Shown here: in pieces, positions 1 through 8,175 of the stretch
Position numbering within the stretch: the first letter of the stretch is position 1
Layout: each line of letters starts with the position of its first letter
Assembly (NCBI GenBank): GCA_963837945.1
Contig: CAWIQD010000013.1
Location: 11,707-75,706 of the forward strand
Source of the DNA: an uncultured Acidobacteriota bacterium
GTDB lineage: Bacteria; Acidobacteriota; Thermoanaerobaculia; Multivoradales; DATKCC01
Length of the DNA stretch: 64,000 nt
Direction of reading: 5' to 3'
Made by a program: the position numbers and the translations under genes
The notes under the pieces: generated by a model
What the model saw: the letters and a program-made list of their open reading frames with translations, nothing else
Database searches by the model: none
Told to the model about the DNA's origin: nothing

Positions 1-818
1 TCGCCCGCGCGGCCCTCGAGCGCCTCTGCCGGCGGGTGGAGGCGCGCGGGCTCGCCTGCGCGCGCCTCGAGCTCGGCCTGCGCCTCGAGCCCGACGGCCA
101 CGACGAGCGGAGCGTCGAGCTGCCCGCCCCCACCACCGACTCCCGCGCCCTCCTCACCCTGGTCCGGCTCTCCTTGGAGGCCCGGCCACCGGGGGCCCCG
201 GTCGCCGGCTTCTCGTTCTCCGCCCACCCGAACGAGCCACGCACCGCCCAGCTCTCGCTCCTGGGCCCCCAGGCGCTCTCGCCCGACCGCCTGGCCACCA
301 CCGTGGCCCGGCTCTTCGCCCTGCTGGGGCCCCGCCGCGTGGGCTCGCCGCGTCCCGCCGACGGGCACCGGCCCGAGCGCTTCGAGCTCGTACCCTACGA
401 GCCACCGCCGCCGCCGCCCGTGCGCCGGGAGCCGCGGCGGGGCCTGGGGCTCCTCACCGTGCGCGTCCTGCGCCCGCCGCTGGCGCTCGAGGTGCTGAGC
501 GCCGGAGGCGAGCCGCCGGACGAGGTGGCCGAGGGTCCGGCGGCCGGGGGCGGCGCGCCCGGAGACGACCGGGACACGGCCGGCCGGCGACTGCTCGAGG
601 TGCGCACCTTGGGGGGATCGACGGAGGGGGAGGCCCGGCCCCGGATCGACGGCCGCGTCCGGGTGGCCGCCGGGCCGTGGCGCCTGGAGGAGGGCTGGTG
701 GTCCGACCAGCCGGTGACCCGCGACTACTGGGACGTGGAGCTCTCCGACGGCGGGCTCTACCGGATCTACCGGGAGCGGGAGAGCGGAGAGTGGTGGGCC
801 GACGGCGTGTACGACTAG
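1..818 (+). CDS. imuB: ImuB-like (Y-family polymerase-like mutasome subunit), C-terminal part; 5' end lies outside the window
   Basis: The frame is open from the window edge. The C-terminus GPWRLEEGWWSDQPVTRDYWDVELSDGGLYRIYRERESGEWWADGVYD matches the conserved ImuB tail pattern (GWW...RDY...G..L....W..G). dnaE2 follows on the same strand. Confidence 0.75.
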   Translation, partial: ARAALERLCRRVEARGLACARLELGLRLEPDGHDERSVELPAPTTDSRALLTLVRLSLEARPPGAPVAGFSFSAHPNEPRTAQLSLLGPQALSPDRLATTVARLFALLGPRRVGSPRPADGHRPERFELVPYEPPPPPPVRREPRRGLGLLTVRVLRPPLALEVLSAGGEPPDEVAEGPAAGGGAPGDDRDTAGRRLLEVRTLGGSTEGEARPRIDGRVRVAAGPWRLEEGWWSDQPVTRDYWDVELSDGGLYRIYRERESGEWWADGVYD

Positions 819-866
819 ACATGTACAAAGGCTCACTTCGTGCGGAGCCTCGTCAGCGGCTCCGTC

Positions 867-901
867 AAAAAAAAGACGCCACAGGTCGCCCCGCGGCGTC
901 T
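867..901 (-). terminator. Rho-independent terminator candidate downstream of the OMP gene
   Basis: A GC-rich stem (A)GACGCC / GGCGTC(T) at 874-901 is followed on the minus strand by a U8 tract (A8 at 867-874 on the plus strand). It lies 30 nt past the stop at 932. The loop is rather long at 14 nt. Confidence 0.6.
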
Positions 902-931
902 CACATCATCGCATTGTTCGACGACAGACCG

Positions 932-1531
932 TCAGAACTTCCAGATGATCCCCGCGTTCACACCGAAGCCCCCGACGTTCAGGTCGTGCTTGCGAAAGCC
1001 CGTGAAGTTGACGTCGTCGGCCTGGTCGAACTCGCTCGGCTCGTGCTGGATCGTGGCGTTGATGTTGCGGTAGATCGCCTCGGCGAAGAAGCCCGTGCCG
1101 CGGCCGGCCCGCGTCAGCTCCAGGCCGCCCACGGCGTAGGCACCCGCCTCGTCGTCGATCTGGCCGCGGTCCGCGGCGAGGAAGTAGTAGCTGGCGCCGC
1201 CGCCCAGGTACGGGTTGACCCCGGATTCCGGAGCGAAGTTGAACTTCACGCCGGCGTCGAAGGGGTAGGCGGTGATGTCGTTGCTGGTCTTGGGGTCGTT
1301 GTTGACGAACGAGCTGAGATTCTCGGTCAGATCGGGCAGGTACGTGCCGCGCAGCTCGATCTCCCAGTTGGGGCTGCCGACCGGGAAGCCGGCCTTGATG
1401 CCGCCGCCGACCGTGTCGGCCAGGTCGTTCGTGTCCAGGTAGGAGCCGAAGATGGAGAAGTCACCCGCCCACGCCGGCGCGGTTCCGACCACCAACAGCC
1501 CCAGTGTGGCGAGGATGAGCGCTTTCTTCAT
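932..1531 (-). CDS. Small outer-membrane beta-barrel protein (OmpW/porin-like)
   Basis: ATG at 1531 with a GGAGG SD 8 nt upstream. Signal peptide MKKALILATLGLLVVGTAPAWA. The sequence shows an alternating beta-strand pattern and ends in the aromatic terminus GIIWKF. Confidence 0.8.
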   Translation of the reverse strand: MKKALILATLGLLVVGTAPAWAGDFSIFGSYLDTNDLADTVGGGIKAGFPVGSPNWEIELRGTYLPDLTENLSSFVNNDPKTSNDITAYPFDAGVKFNFAPESGVNPYLGGGASYYFLAADRGQIDDEAGAYAVGGLELTRAGRGTGFFAEAIYRNINATIQHEPSEFDQADDVNFTGFRKHDLNVGGFGVNAGIIWKF

Positions 1532-1810
1532 GAGAAGACCTCCTTGTCGTACCTCATTCACCTCATTCGAACCGGGCACCGCTGACCGTCCCGCCGGTGC
1601 CCTTCATCGAAAGTGCTCTCGTGAGCTGATCGACAGGACCGCCGCGATCGTTCCGCCACCGAGCCTGCCGTACGAAGTCGCATCGACCTCGTCTCGCTCG
1701 GAGAGATGCAAGGGGCTTGCCGGGATATAGCGAGAAAACTATGGGCCGGGAGGTGCGGCGTCGCGCGACCGAGGCCGTGGGCCCTGCCGGCCGCGGGAGC
1801 GCGCGAACCG

Positions 1811-2857
1811 TCAGCGCCGGACCACGCGGACCGGGACCGTGAGCTGCCCGATGGCGACGCCGTTCGAGCCCTGGAGGCTCAGCTCGAGCCGGTAGTCGCC
1901 GGGCACGAGGCCCTGGGGGGCGAACCCGAGGACGACCTGGTCCGGCCGGCCCTCGCCCCCCTGGTCCCGCCCCAGGAAGTCGAGCTTCCCGGCCTGGAGG
2001 ACCTCTCCGGCCAGGCTCTCGACCCGGCTCTCGATCCGCAGCTCACCCTCCGGCAGGCGGTAGCCCATGAGCACCAGCCGGGCCTGCTCGCCCGCGGCGA
2101 CCTCGCCGTGCACCGCCGGCAGGTAACTCTCGCCCGCCAGGACGAAGGGATAGGCCCGGGCAGCGCCCTCTCCGCCTGCCGGCTCGGCGACACGGGCCTG
2201 GCGCACGAGCAGCCAGTGCTCGTCGGCCGCCTGGATGAAGAGCGGCTCGAGCAGCGCGGACCCCTCGCCGGCCGCGGGCACGTCGACCGCCGAGCGCGCG
2301 AGGGTGACCCGGCCGGTCGCCAGGCTGCGCACCAGCACGCGGACGTCGTAGCTGCCGGCCGGCAGCTCGAGCTCACCGAAGAACTTCAAGCCCGACGGCG
2401 CCGCGGCGAGCTTGGCGCGCTCGATCGCGAGGACCTGGGCCAGGGAGCCGGCCACCTCGCCCTCGGAATCGAACGCGTAGGCCCGGATCTCGAAGGCCAG
2501 CGGCGCGTCCGGCGGCTCGGCCCCGAGCACGTCACGGCCGATCTCGACCACCGCCGGCACCCGGGCGAGCCCGGTCGCCGGATCCACCCTCAGCGCTCCG
2601 GCGAAGGCGTCGGCCCCGAGCTCCTGGACCTCCTGACCCGAGAGCAGCAGCTCGGCGCTCTCCTGGCGCCGCTCCTCCGCGGTCAGCTCGGAGAAGGGCC
2701 GGGGCACGAAGTACCCCGTGCGGTGGACCACCCGGGCGCCCCGCGGCCCGCCCTGGAGCTCCACGCGCAGGCGCCGGAACGAGCCGTCCTCGGGCAGCTC
2801 CGGGGTCTGGAAGGTGAGCAGGTAGGTGACGCTCGTCTGCAGCAGGACGCGGGCCAT
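1811..2857 (-). CDS. Hypothetical protein; N-terminus resembles the END of the acidobacterial VWFA-related domain (TIGR03436-like), with no signal peptide or VWA core
   Basis: The first residues TYLLTFQTPELPEDGSFRRLRVELQGGPRGARVVHRTGYFVP look like the YxLxY...R.GY terminus of that family. Only about 110 nt remain upstream before the next gene, so the gene is possibly 5'-truncated. The start could be ATG 2857 or ATG 2920. Confidence 0.55.
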   Translation of the reverse strand: MARVLLQTSVTYLLTFQTPELPEDGSFRRLRVELQGGPRGARVVHRTGYFVPRPFSELTAEERRQESAELLLSGQEVQELGADAFAGALRVDPATGLARVPAVVEIGRDVLGAEPPDAPLAFEIRAYAFDSEGEVAGSLAQVLAIERAKLAAAPSGLKFFGELELPAGSYDVRVLVRSLATGRVTLARSAVDVPAAGEGSALLEPLFIQAADEHWLLVRQARVAEPAGGEGAARAYPFVLAGESYLPAVHGEVAAGEQARLVLMGYRLPEGELRIESRVESLAGEVLQAGKLDFLGRDQGGEGRPDQVVLGFAPQGLVPGDYRLELSLQGSNGVAIGQLTVPVRVVRR

Positions 2858-2967
2858 CCCGGCCGAAGGTGCTTTTGGCCCTCGACGAACCGGGTCTGCG
2901 CCCCCGGGGCCTCGTCTCATGAATAGGCCAGTCTAGCGCGAGATCCCGCGGCGCAGGCGGCGCGGCG

Positions 2968-4098
2968 TCAGCGCACGATCGGCGGGCGGGTGAAGTCCTT
3001 GTCCAGGAGGTACAGGTACATCACCGCCATCGAGTCCTGGTCGGCGCCGCTGGTGTTGTCGTAGACACTCACCAGCTCGTACTGGTGGTCCCGGTAGAGC
3101 GGGATGCCCTCCGGGCTCGAGAGGTGGTCGACCCGGTCGATCCCGATCCGGCCGTCGGCGGGGTCGACGCCGGCCCGGAAGACACTCCGGCCGGTGGTCC
3201 GGTCGAGGAGCTCGAGGGACTTGGCGAAGGGGTGCAAATGCACCGCGATGTAGTGGATCGTGGTGTCGAAGGGGAGGTCGAGGAACTTCGTCACCAGGGT
3301 GTGGTTGACCTCGACGCCGGGCTTGACCACCCAGTGGGCGGTGAACCGCTGGCCGAGCGAGTCGAGGTCGGCGTCGCCGTGGACGGCGCTCATCCCGATC
3401 GCACAGCCCGGGCCGTGGACCTGCTGGTCGACGGCGCTCTCCGCCATGCCGTAGACCTGCCCCGGACCGTCGAGCGCCTTGAGCCCCTCGACCGCCGACT
3501 GGAAGAGCGGTTTCATCGGGCGGTCCTTCGGCACGTCCCGGTCGCGGACGTACTCGACGGTCACCCTGTGGCGCACCACGAGCTCCGGGTCGTCCCGGTT
3601 CAGGTTGAGCACCTGGGTGGTCAGGTCGAGCGGCTGGGTCGAGAGGACCGGGATGCCGAAGCCGGGCGGGAACTCGATCTTCTGCTGCCCCTGGGAGAGG
3701 GTGAAGATGCGCCCGGAGATGCCGTGGCGCATCCGGAGCTCCTTCATGTAGGGGGCCGGCTTGACGTCGAGGTTGGCGTGGCACATGTACTCCTGGGAGA
3801 CCTCCGAGCCGTCGGCCGGATCGACCACCTCGGTCTGGTAGCCGGTGATCCACAGCAGCTCGGGCTCGGCCGGGTCGGTCAGGTAGACCTGCTGCTGGCC
3901 GTACGGGCCTTCCATGGAGCGGTACTTCTTGTCGATGTAGTACTCGGGCGAGAGGACGGTCTTGCGGTGCACCGGCGGCGGGGCCACCCGGGAGGCCTCC
4001 CGGGCACCGGCACCCGAGGTCCCGAGGGTGGCGCAGGCGGCGAGGGCGAGGCAGGCGGCGGCGAGCGGGAGAGATCGGCGCATCGGAAGCTCCATCAT
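2968..4098 (-). CDS. Lipoprotein of unknown function
   Basis: Start MMELPMRRSLPLAAACLALAAC, with lipobox LAAC. The body is coherent and not low-complexity. It carries conserved-looking CHANLD, AVHLHPF (HxH) and DSMAVMYLYL segments. The start is ATG 4098, 4095 or 4083. Confidence 0.7.
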   Translation of the reverse strand: MMELPMRRSLPLAAACLALAACATLGTSGAGAREASRVAPPPVHRKTVLSPEYYIDKKYRSMEGPYGQQQVYLTDPAEPELLWITGYQTEVVDPADGSEVSQEYMCHANLDVKPAPYMKELRMRHGISGRIFTLSQGQQKIEFPPGFGIPVLSTQPLDLTTQVLNLNRDDPELVVRHRVTVEYVRDRDVPKDRPMKPLFQSAVEGLKALDGPGQVYGMAESAVDQQVHGPGCAIGMSAVHGDADLDSLGQRFTAHWVVKPGVEVNHTLVTKFLDLPFDTTIHYIAVHLHPFAKSLELLDRTTGRSVFRAGVDPADGRIGIDRVDHLSSPEGIPLYRDHQYELVSVYDNTSGADQDSMAVMYLYLLDKDFTRPPIVR

Positions 4099-4178
4099 AG
4101 CCGCAGCCGGCCGGGGGGGAGCCGGCGGGCGGTGCATTGCTTGATTCCGCCTCTCTACCGCTATATCCTGGCAGCGCC

Positions 4179-7100
4179 ATGGGCCGCCGCTCCACTCCCC
4201 GCTACGCCGAGCTCCGGGCCGCCTCGGCATTCTCTTTCCTGCGCGCCGCCTCGGCGCCCGAGGACCTGGTGGAGCGGGCCGCCGAGCTCGATCTGCCCGC
4301 GGTGGCGCTCACCGACCGCAACGGGGTCTACGGGGCGCCCCGCTTCTACGCCGCGGCGCGCGAGGCGGGGCTCCGAGCGCGGGTCGGGGCGGAGGTGGTG
4401 CTGGCGCCGCCGGCGGGCGCCGGGGCCGGAGCGCGCGAGGCCGGCCGGTCCGGCACCGCTTCCCCGCCCGGAGCGCGCGGCCCCCGCGGGCTGGTCCGGC
4501 CGCCGGAGCCCGCCGCCCCGCGGGCGAGCGAGCCCGAGACCCGCCTCACCCTCCTGGCCGAGAGCCGGGAGGGCTACCGCAACCTCTGCCGGCTGCTGAC
4601 CGCGGCGGCGCTCGGCCGTCCCAAGGGCGAGGCCCGGGCTACCTGGGACCAGGTGGCGGCTCACGCCCGGGGCCTCCACTGCCTGACCGGCGGGTCCGAG
4701 GGACCGGTCGCCCGGGCGCTCGTCGCGCCGGCGGGGGGCGGCGCGCCGGCGGCCCGCCGGCTCCTCGAGCGGCTGGCGGCGCTCTTCCCCGGCCGCCTGC
4801 ACGTCGAGATCCAGCGCCACCGGCTGCGCGACGAGGAGCACCGGAACGCCGCCCTCCTCGACCTCGCCCGCGGCCTGCGGCTGCCGGTCGTCGCCACCAA
4901 CGGGGTGCGCTACGCCCAGGCCGGCGACAAGCCGCTCCACGACGTGCTCACCTCGATCCGCCACGGCACGCCGCTCGACGCCGCCGGACGCCTGCTGGCG
5001 CGCCACCGCGAACGGCACCTGAAGTCCCCGGGAGAGATGGCCGACCTGTTTCCCGACCTGCCGGCGGCCCTCGAGGCCGCCGCCGAGCTCGCCGACCGGC
5101 TCGACTTCACCCTCGAGGACCTGGGCTACCGCTTCCCCGACTTCCCCGTGCCCGCGGGCGAGACGGCGGACTCGTACCTGCGCCACCTCGCCTGGAACGG
5201 CGCCCGCGCCCGCTTCCGGCCCCTGACCGCCCGCGCCCAGGCGCAGATCGAGCGCGAGCTCGCCCTGATCGAGAAGCTCGGCCTGGCCGGCTACTTCCTC
5301 ATCGTCTGGGACCTGGTGCGCTTCGCCAAGCAGGAGGGGATCCTCGCCCAGGGCCGCGGCTCGGCGGCCAACAGCGCGGTCTGCTACGCCCTCTCGATCA
5401 CCGCCGTCGACCCGGTGAAGATGGACCTCCTGTTCGAGCGCTTCCTGTCCGAGGAGCGGGGCGAGTGGCCGGACATCGATCTCGACCTGCCTTCCGGCGA
5501 GCCGCGCGAGAAGGTGATCCAGTACGTCTACCGGCGCTACGGCACGCACGGCGCCGCCATGACCGCCAACGTCATCACCTACCGGGACCGCTCCGCCGCC
5601 CGCGAGGTGGCCAAGGCCCTGGGCTACGCCCCCGCCCAGATCGACCGCCTGGCCAAGACCTTCGGCCGCTGGAGCTACGACCGGAGCCGGGGCGACCAGC
5701 GCTCGTTCGACGGCGAGCTGGCGGCCGCCGGCTTCGATCCGGGCGAGCGCCGGGTGCGCCTGTTCGCCGAGCTCTGGCAGGAGATCCAGCACCTTCCCCG
5801 GCACCTCGGCCAGCACTCCGGGGGCATGGTGATCGCCGCCGGACGTCTCGACGAGGTGGTGCCGCTCGAGCCGGCGGCCATGGAGGGGCGGGTGGTGGTG
5901 CAGTGGGACAAGGACGACTGCGCCGACCTGGGCATCGTCAAGGTCGATCTCCTCGGCCTCGGCATGCTGGGCGCGCTCCAGGAGGTGGTGCCCCTGATCC
6001 GCACCGCCGAGGGCGTCCACCTCGACCTCGCCCACCTGCCACCCGAGGACCCGAAGACCTTCCGCATGCTGCGCGCCGCCGACACCGTGGGCGTCTTCCA
6101 GGTCGAGAGCCGGGCGCAGATCGCCTCTCTGCCCAGGAACCGCCCGGAGCGCTTCTACGACCTGGTGATCCAGGTGGCGATCATCCGCCCCGGCCCGATC
6201 GTCGGCAATCTCGCCAACCCCTACTTCGAGCGCCGCCGGGGGCGCGAGCCGGTGACCTACCCCCATCCCTCGCTCCGGCCGATCCTCGAGCGCACCCTGG
6301 GGGTGCCGCTGTTCCAGGAGCAGATCTTGAAGATCGCCATGGTCGCGGCCGGCTTCACCGGCGGCGAGGCCGAGGAGCTGCGCCGGGCCATGGGCTTCAA
6401 GCGCTCGGTCGACCGCATGCGCCGGATCGAGGAGCGCCTGCGCACCGGCATGGCCGCGCGGGGCATCGTCGGCCGGGTCCAGGACGAGATCGTCCACGGC
6501 ATCACCTCGTTCGCCCTCTACGGCTTCCCCGAGTCCCACGCCGCGAGCTTCGCCCTGATCGCCTACGCCAGCGCCTACCTCAAGGCCCACCACCCCACCG
6601 CGTTCCTGATCTCGCTCTTGAACGCCTGGCCGATGGGCTTCTACCACCCATCCAGCCTGATCCAGGACGCCCGCCGCCACGGCGTCGAGGTGCTCGCGAT
6701 CGACGTCGACCGCTCCGGCTACGGCTGCACCTGGGAGGAGGGCCGGTGCCGGCTGGGGCTGCGCTTCGTCCACGGGCTGCGCCGGGAGGCGGGCGAGCGG
6801 ATCGCCGCCGAGCGCGCGGCCGGCGGTCCCTACGCGAGCGCGGAGGACCTCGGCCGGCGCTCGGCGCTGCGCGAGGACGAGCTCGCCACGCTCGCCGAGC
6901 TCGGCGCCCTGGGCTCGCTCGGCCTCACGCGGCGCGCGGCGCTCTGGCAGGCCGCCCGGGTGGGGCGCCCGGCCGGTCCCCTGCTCGCCGGCGAGCCGGA
7001 CTCGGGGCCCTCGCCGCTCGCCGAGATGACCGCGGTCGAGGAGACGGTCGCCGACTTCCGGGGCTCGTCGCTCACCACCGGCGTCCATCCGATGGCCCAT

Positions 7101-7439
7101 CTCCGCGGCTCGCTCAAGCGCAACGGCGTGGTGCGCACCGCGGACCTCGGCCGCTTTCCCCGGGGCACGCGGCTACGCACCGCCGGCGCGGTGATCGTGC
7201 GCCAGCGGCCGGGCACGGCGAAGGGGGTGCTGTTCATCACGGTCGAGGACGAGTCGGGGATGGCGCAGGCGATCTTGTCGCCGGAGCTGTTCCGGGAGAA
7301 GCGGAGCCTGGTGGTGGGGGCGGCGGGGCTGGTGGTGGAGGGGGTGCTGGAGACGAAGGACGGGTCGCTTTCTATTCGAGCGGAGAAGTTGTGGCCGCTG
7401 GCGGGGCTGGCGCGCGGGGAGAGTCACGACTTCCGGTAG
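4179..7439 (+). CDS. dnaE2: Error-prone DNA polymerase III alpha-like subunit DnaE2
   Basis: PHP N-terminus (ELRAASAFSFLRAASAPEDLV, LTDRNGVYGAPRF). Pol III alpha core segments are present (GRGSAANSAVCYALSITAVDP, FERFLSEERGEWPDIDLD, VKVDLLGLGML, FQVESR), followed by an OB-fold tail. About 1086 aa with no tau/beta-binding extension, and an imuB neighbour. Confidence 0.93.
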   Translation: MGRRSTPRYAELRAASAFSFLRAASAPEDLVERAAELDLPAVALTDRNGVYGAPRFYAAAREAGLRARVGAEVVLAPPAGAGAGAREAGRSGTASPPGARGPRGLVRPPEPAAPRASEPETRLTLLAESREGYRNLCRLLTAAALGRPKGEARATWDQVAAHARGLHCLTGGSEGPVARALVAPAGGGAPAARRLLERLAALFPGRLHVEIQRHRLRDEEHRNAALLDLARGLRLPVVATNGVRYAQAGDKPLHDVLTSIRHGTPLDAAGRLLARHRERHLKSPGEMADLFPDLPAALEAAAELADRLDFTLEDLGYRFPDFPVPAGETADSYLRHLAWNGARARFRPLTARAQAQIERELALIEKLGLAGYFLIVWDLVRFAKQEGILAQGRGSAANSAVCYALSITAVDPVKMDLLFERFLSEERGEWPDIDLDLPSGEPREKVIQYVYRRYGTHGAAMTANVITYRDRSAAREVAKALGYAPAQIDRLAKTFGRWSYDRSRGDQRSFDGELAAAGFDPGERRVRLFAELWQEIQHLPRHLGQHSGGMVIAAGRLDEVVPLEPAAMEGRVVVQWDKDDCADLGIVKVDLLGLGMLGALQEVVPLIRTAEGVHLDLAHLPPEDPKTFRMLRAADTVGVFQVESRAQIASLPRNRPERFYDLVIQVAIIRPGPIVGNLANPYFERRRGREPVTYPHPSLRPILERTLGVPLFQEQILKIAMVAAGFTGGEAEELRRAMGFKRSVDRMRRIEERLRTGMAARGIVGRVQDEIVHGITSFALYGFPESHAASFALIAYASAYLKAHHPTAFLISLLNAWPMGFYHPSSLIQDARRHGVEVLAIDVDRSGYGCTWEEGRCRLGLRFVHGLRREAGERIAAERAAGGPYASAEDLGRRSALREDELATLAELGALGSLGLTRRAALWQAARVGRPAGPLLAGEPDSGPSPLAEMTAVEETVADFRGSSLTTGVHPMAHLRGSLKRNGVVRTADLGRFPRGTRLRTAGAVIVRQRPGTAKGVLFITVEDESGMAQAILSPELFREKRSLVVGAAGLVVEGVLETKDGSLSIRAEKLWPLAGLARGESHDFR

Positions 7440-7610
7440 GGCGGGAGCGTGCACGCACACGGCCCGGGGGGCGGTGGGGTTTCGGCGGCAGACTGCGCCG
7501 GCGAAACCCCACGCGTCCCCCCGGGCCTGCGTGAACCGGACTCCGGAAGGCTCGGCCCGCGGGCCACAGGAGGGGATGGGGGAGATCGGCGGGCTCGGAC
7601 TCCGGTCCAC

Positions 7611-7831
7611 CCGGCACCGAACCCATGAAGCGGCCGAGCTCTGTCTCGGCCGGGCGAACGCCCAGAGGGGCACCGAACCGCTCCGCCGATCGGCGTTACC
7701 TCCGCCCCGACACCCCAGTTACGTGCCACATCTGGGCGAGGGGCATCGGGTCAATAGGCACCGTCGGGTGCCCCCGCGCCCCGTTCGCCCGGCCGAGACA
7801 GAGCTCGGCCGCTTCATGGGTTGGGTGCCGC
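7611..7831. repeat. REPIN/MITE-like element: a perfect 40-bp inverted pair of the REP-like family A unit
   Basis: 7621-7660 (acccatgaagcggccgagctctgtctcggccgggcgaacg) is the exact reverse complement of 7782-7821. The arms extend to about 50 bp with 2 mismatches. Each arm contains the hairpin CGGCCGAG-N6-CTCGGCCG. Confidence 0.85.
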
Positions 7832-7866
7832 GGCCGACCATGGAGGGCGGAGGGACGGGAGGGGGC

Positions 7867-8175
7867 GTCCCCTTCCCCCCCGTGGGGTGGGAAGGGGATC
7901 GACGGGATGCGGGGGCATCCGGTCAATCGTCCCTTCCCCCCGTGGGGTGGGAAGGGGATCGAGGGGATGCGGGGGGCATCCGGTCAATCGTCCCCTTCCC
8001 CCCCGTGGGGTGGGAAGGGGATCGAGGGGATGCGGGGGGGATCTGGTCAATCGTCCCCTTCCCCCCCGTGGGGAGGGAAGGGGATCGAGGGGATGCGGGG
8101 GGGATCTGGTCAACCGTCCCCTTCCCCCCCTGGGGGTGGGAAGGGGATCGAGGGGATGCGGGGGGCTCTGGTCAG
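7867..8175. repeat. Tandem repeat, 5 units of 60-63 bp (family B), each with a 9-bp hairpin and 5 G-tracts
   Basis: The unit is GTCCCCTTCCCCCCCGTGGGGTGGGAAGGGGATCGAGGGGATGCGGGGGGATCTGGTCAATC. Unit starts are at 7867, 7929, 7990, 8053 and 8116. There are no unique spacers. The last unit overlaps the stop codon of the transporter gene. Confidence 0.9.

Noticed and set aside
4099-4178. LexA/SOS box upstream of dnaE2
   Set aside because: I saw no CTGT-N8-ACAG, GAAC-N4-GTTC or GTTC-N7-GTTC type palindrome. A lineage-specific motif unknown to me cannot be excluded.
4161-7100. Very long antisense or alternative-frame ORFs. Examples: 4161-7100(-), 5465-7534(+), 12537-14777(-), 17870-20785(+), 17799-20312(-), 26656-29001(+), 54702-56960(+), 55741-57594(-), 2933-4195(-), 3085-4599(+).
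   Set aside because: Their translations are Arg/Pro/Gly/Ala-rich low-complexity sequence. Each fully overlaps a motif-rich gene on the other strand or frame. This is typical stop-codon scarcity in ~70% GC DNA.
7867-8175. Possible CRISPR array, because of regular ~61-bp periodicity with palindromic cores
   Set aside because: The whole 60-63-bp unit repeats head to tail with no unique spacers. There are no cas genes in the window. It is a plain tandem repeat.
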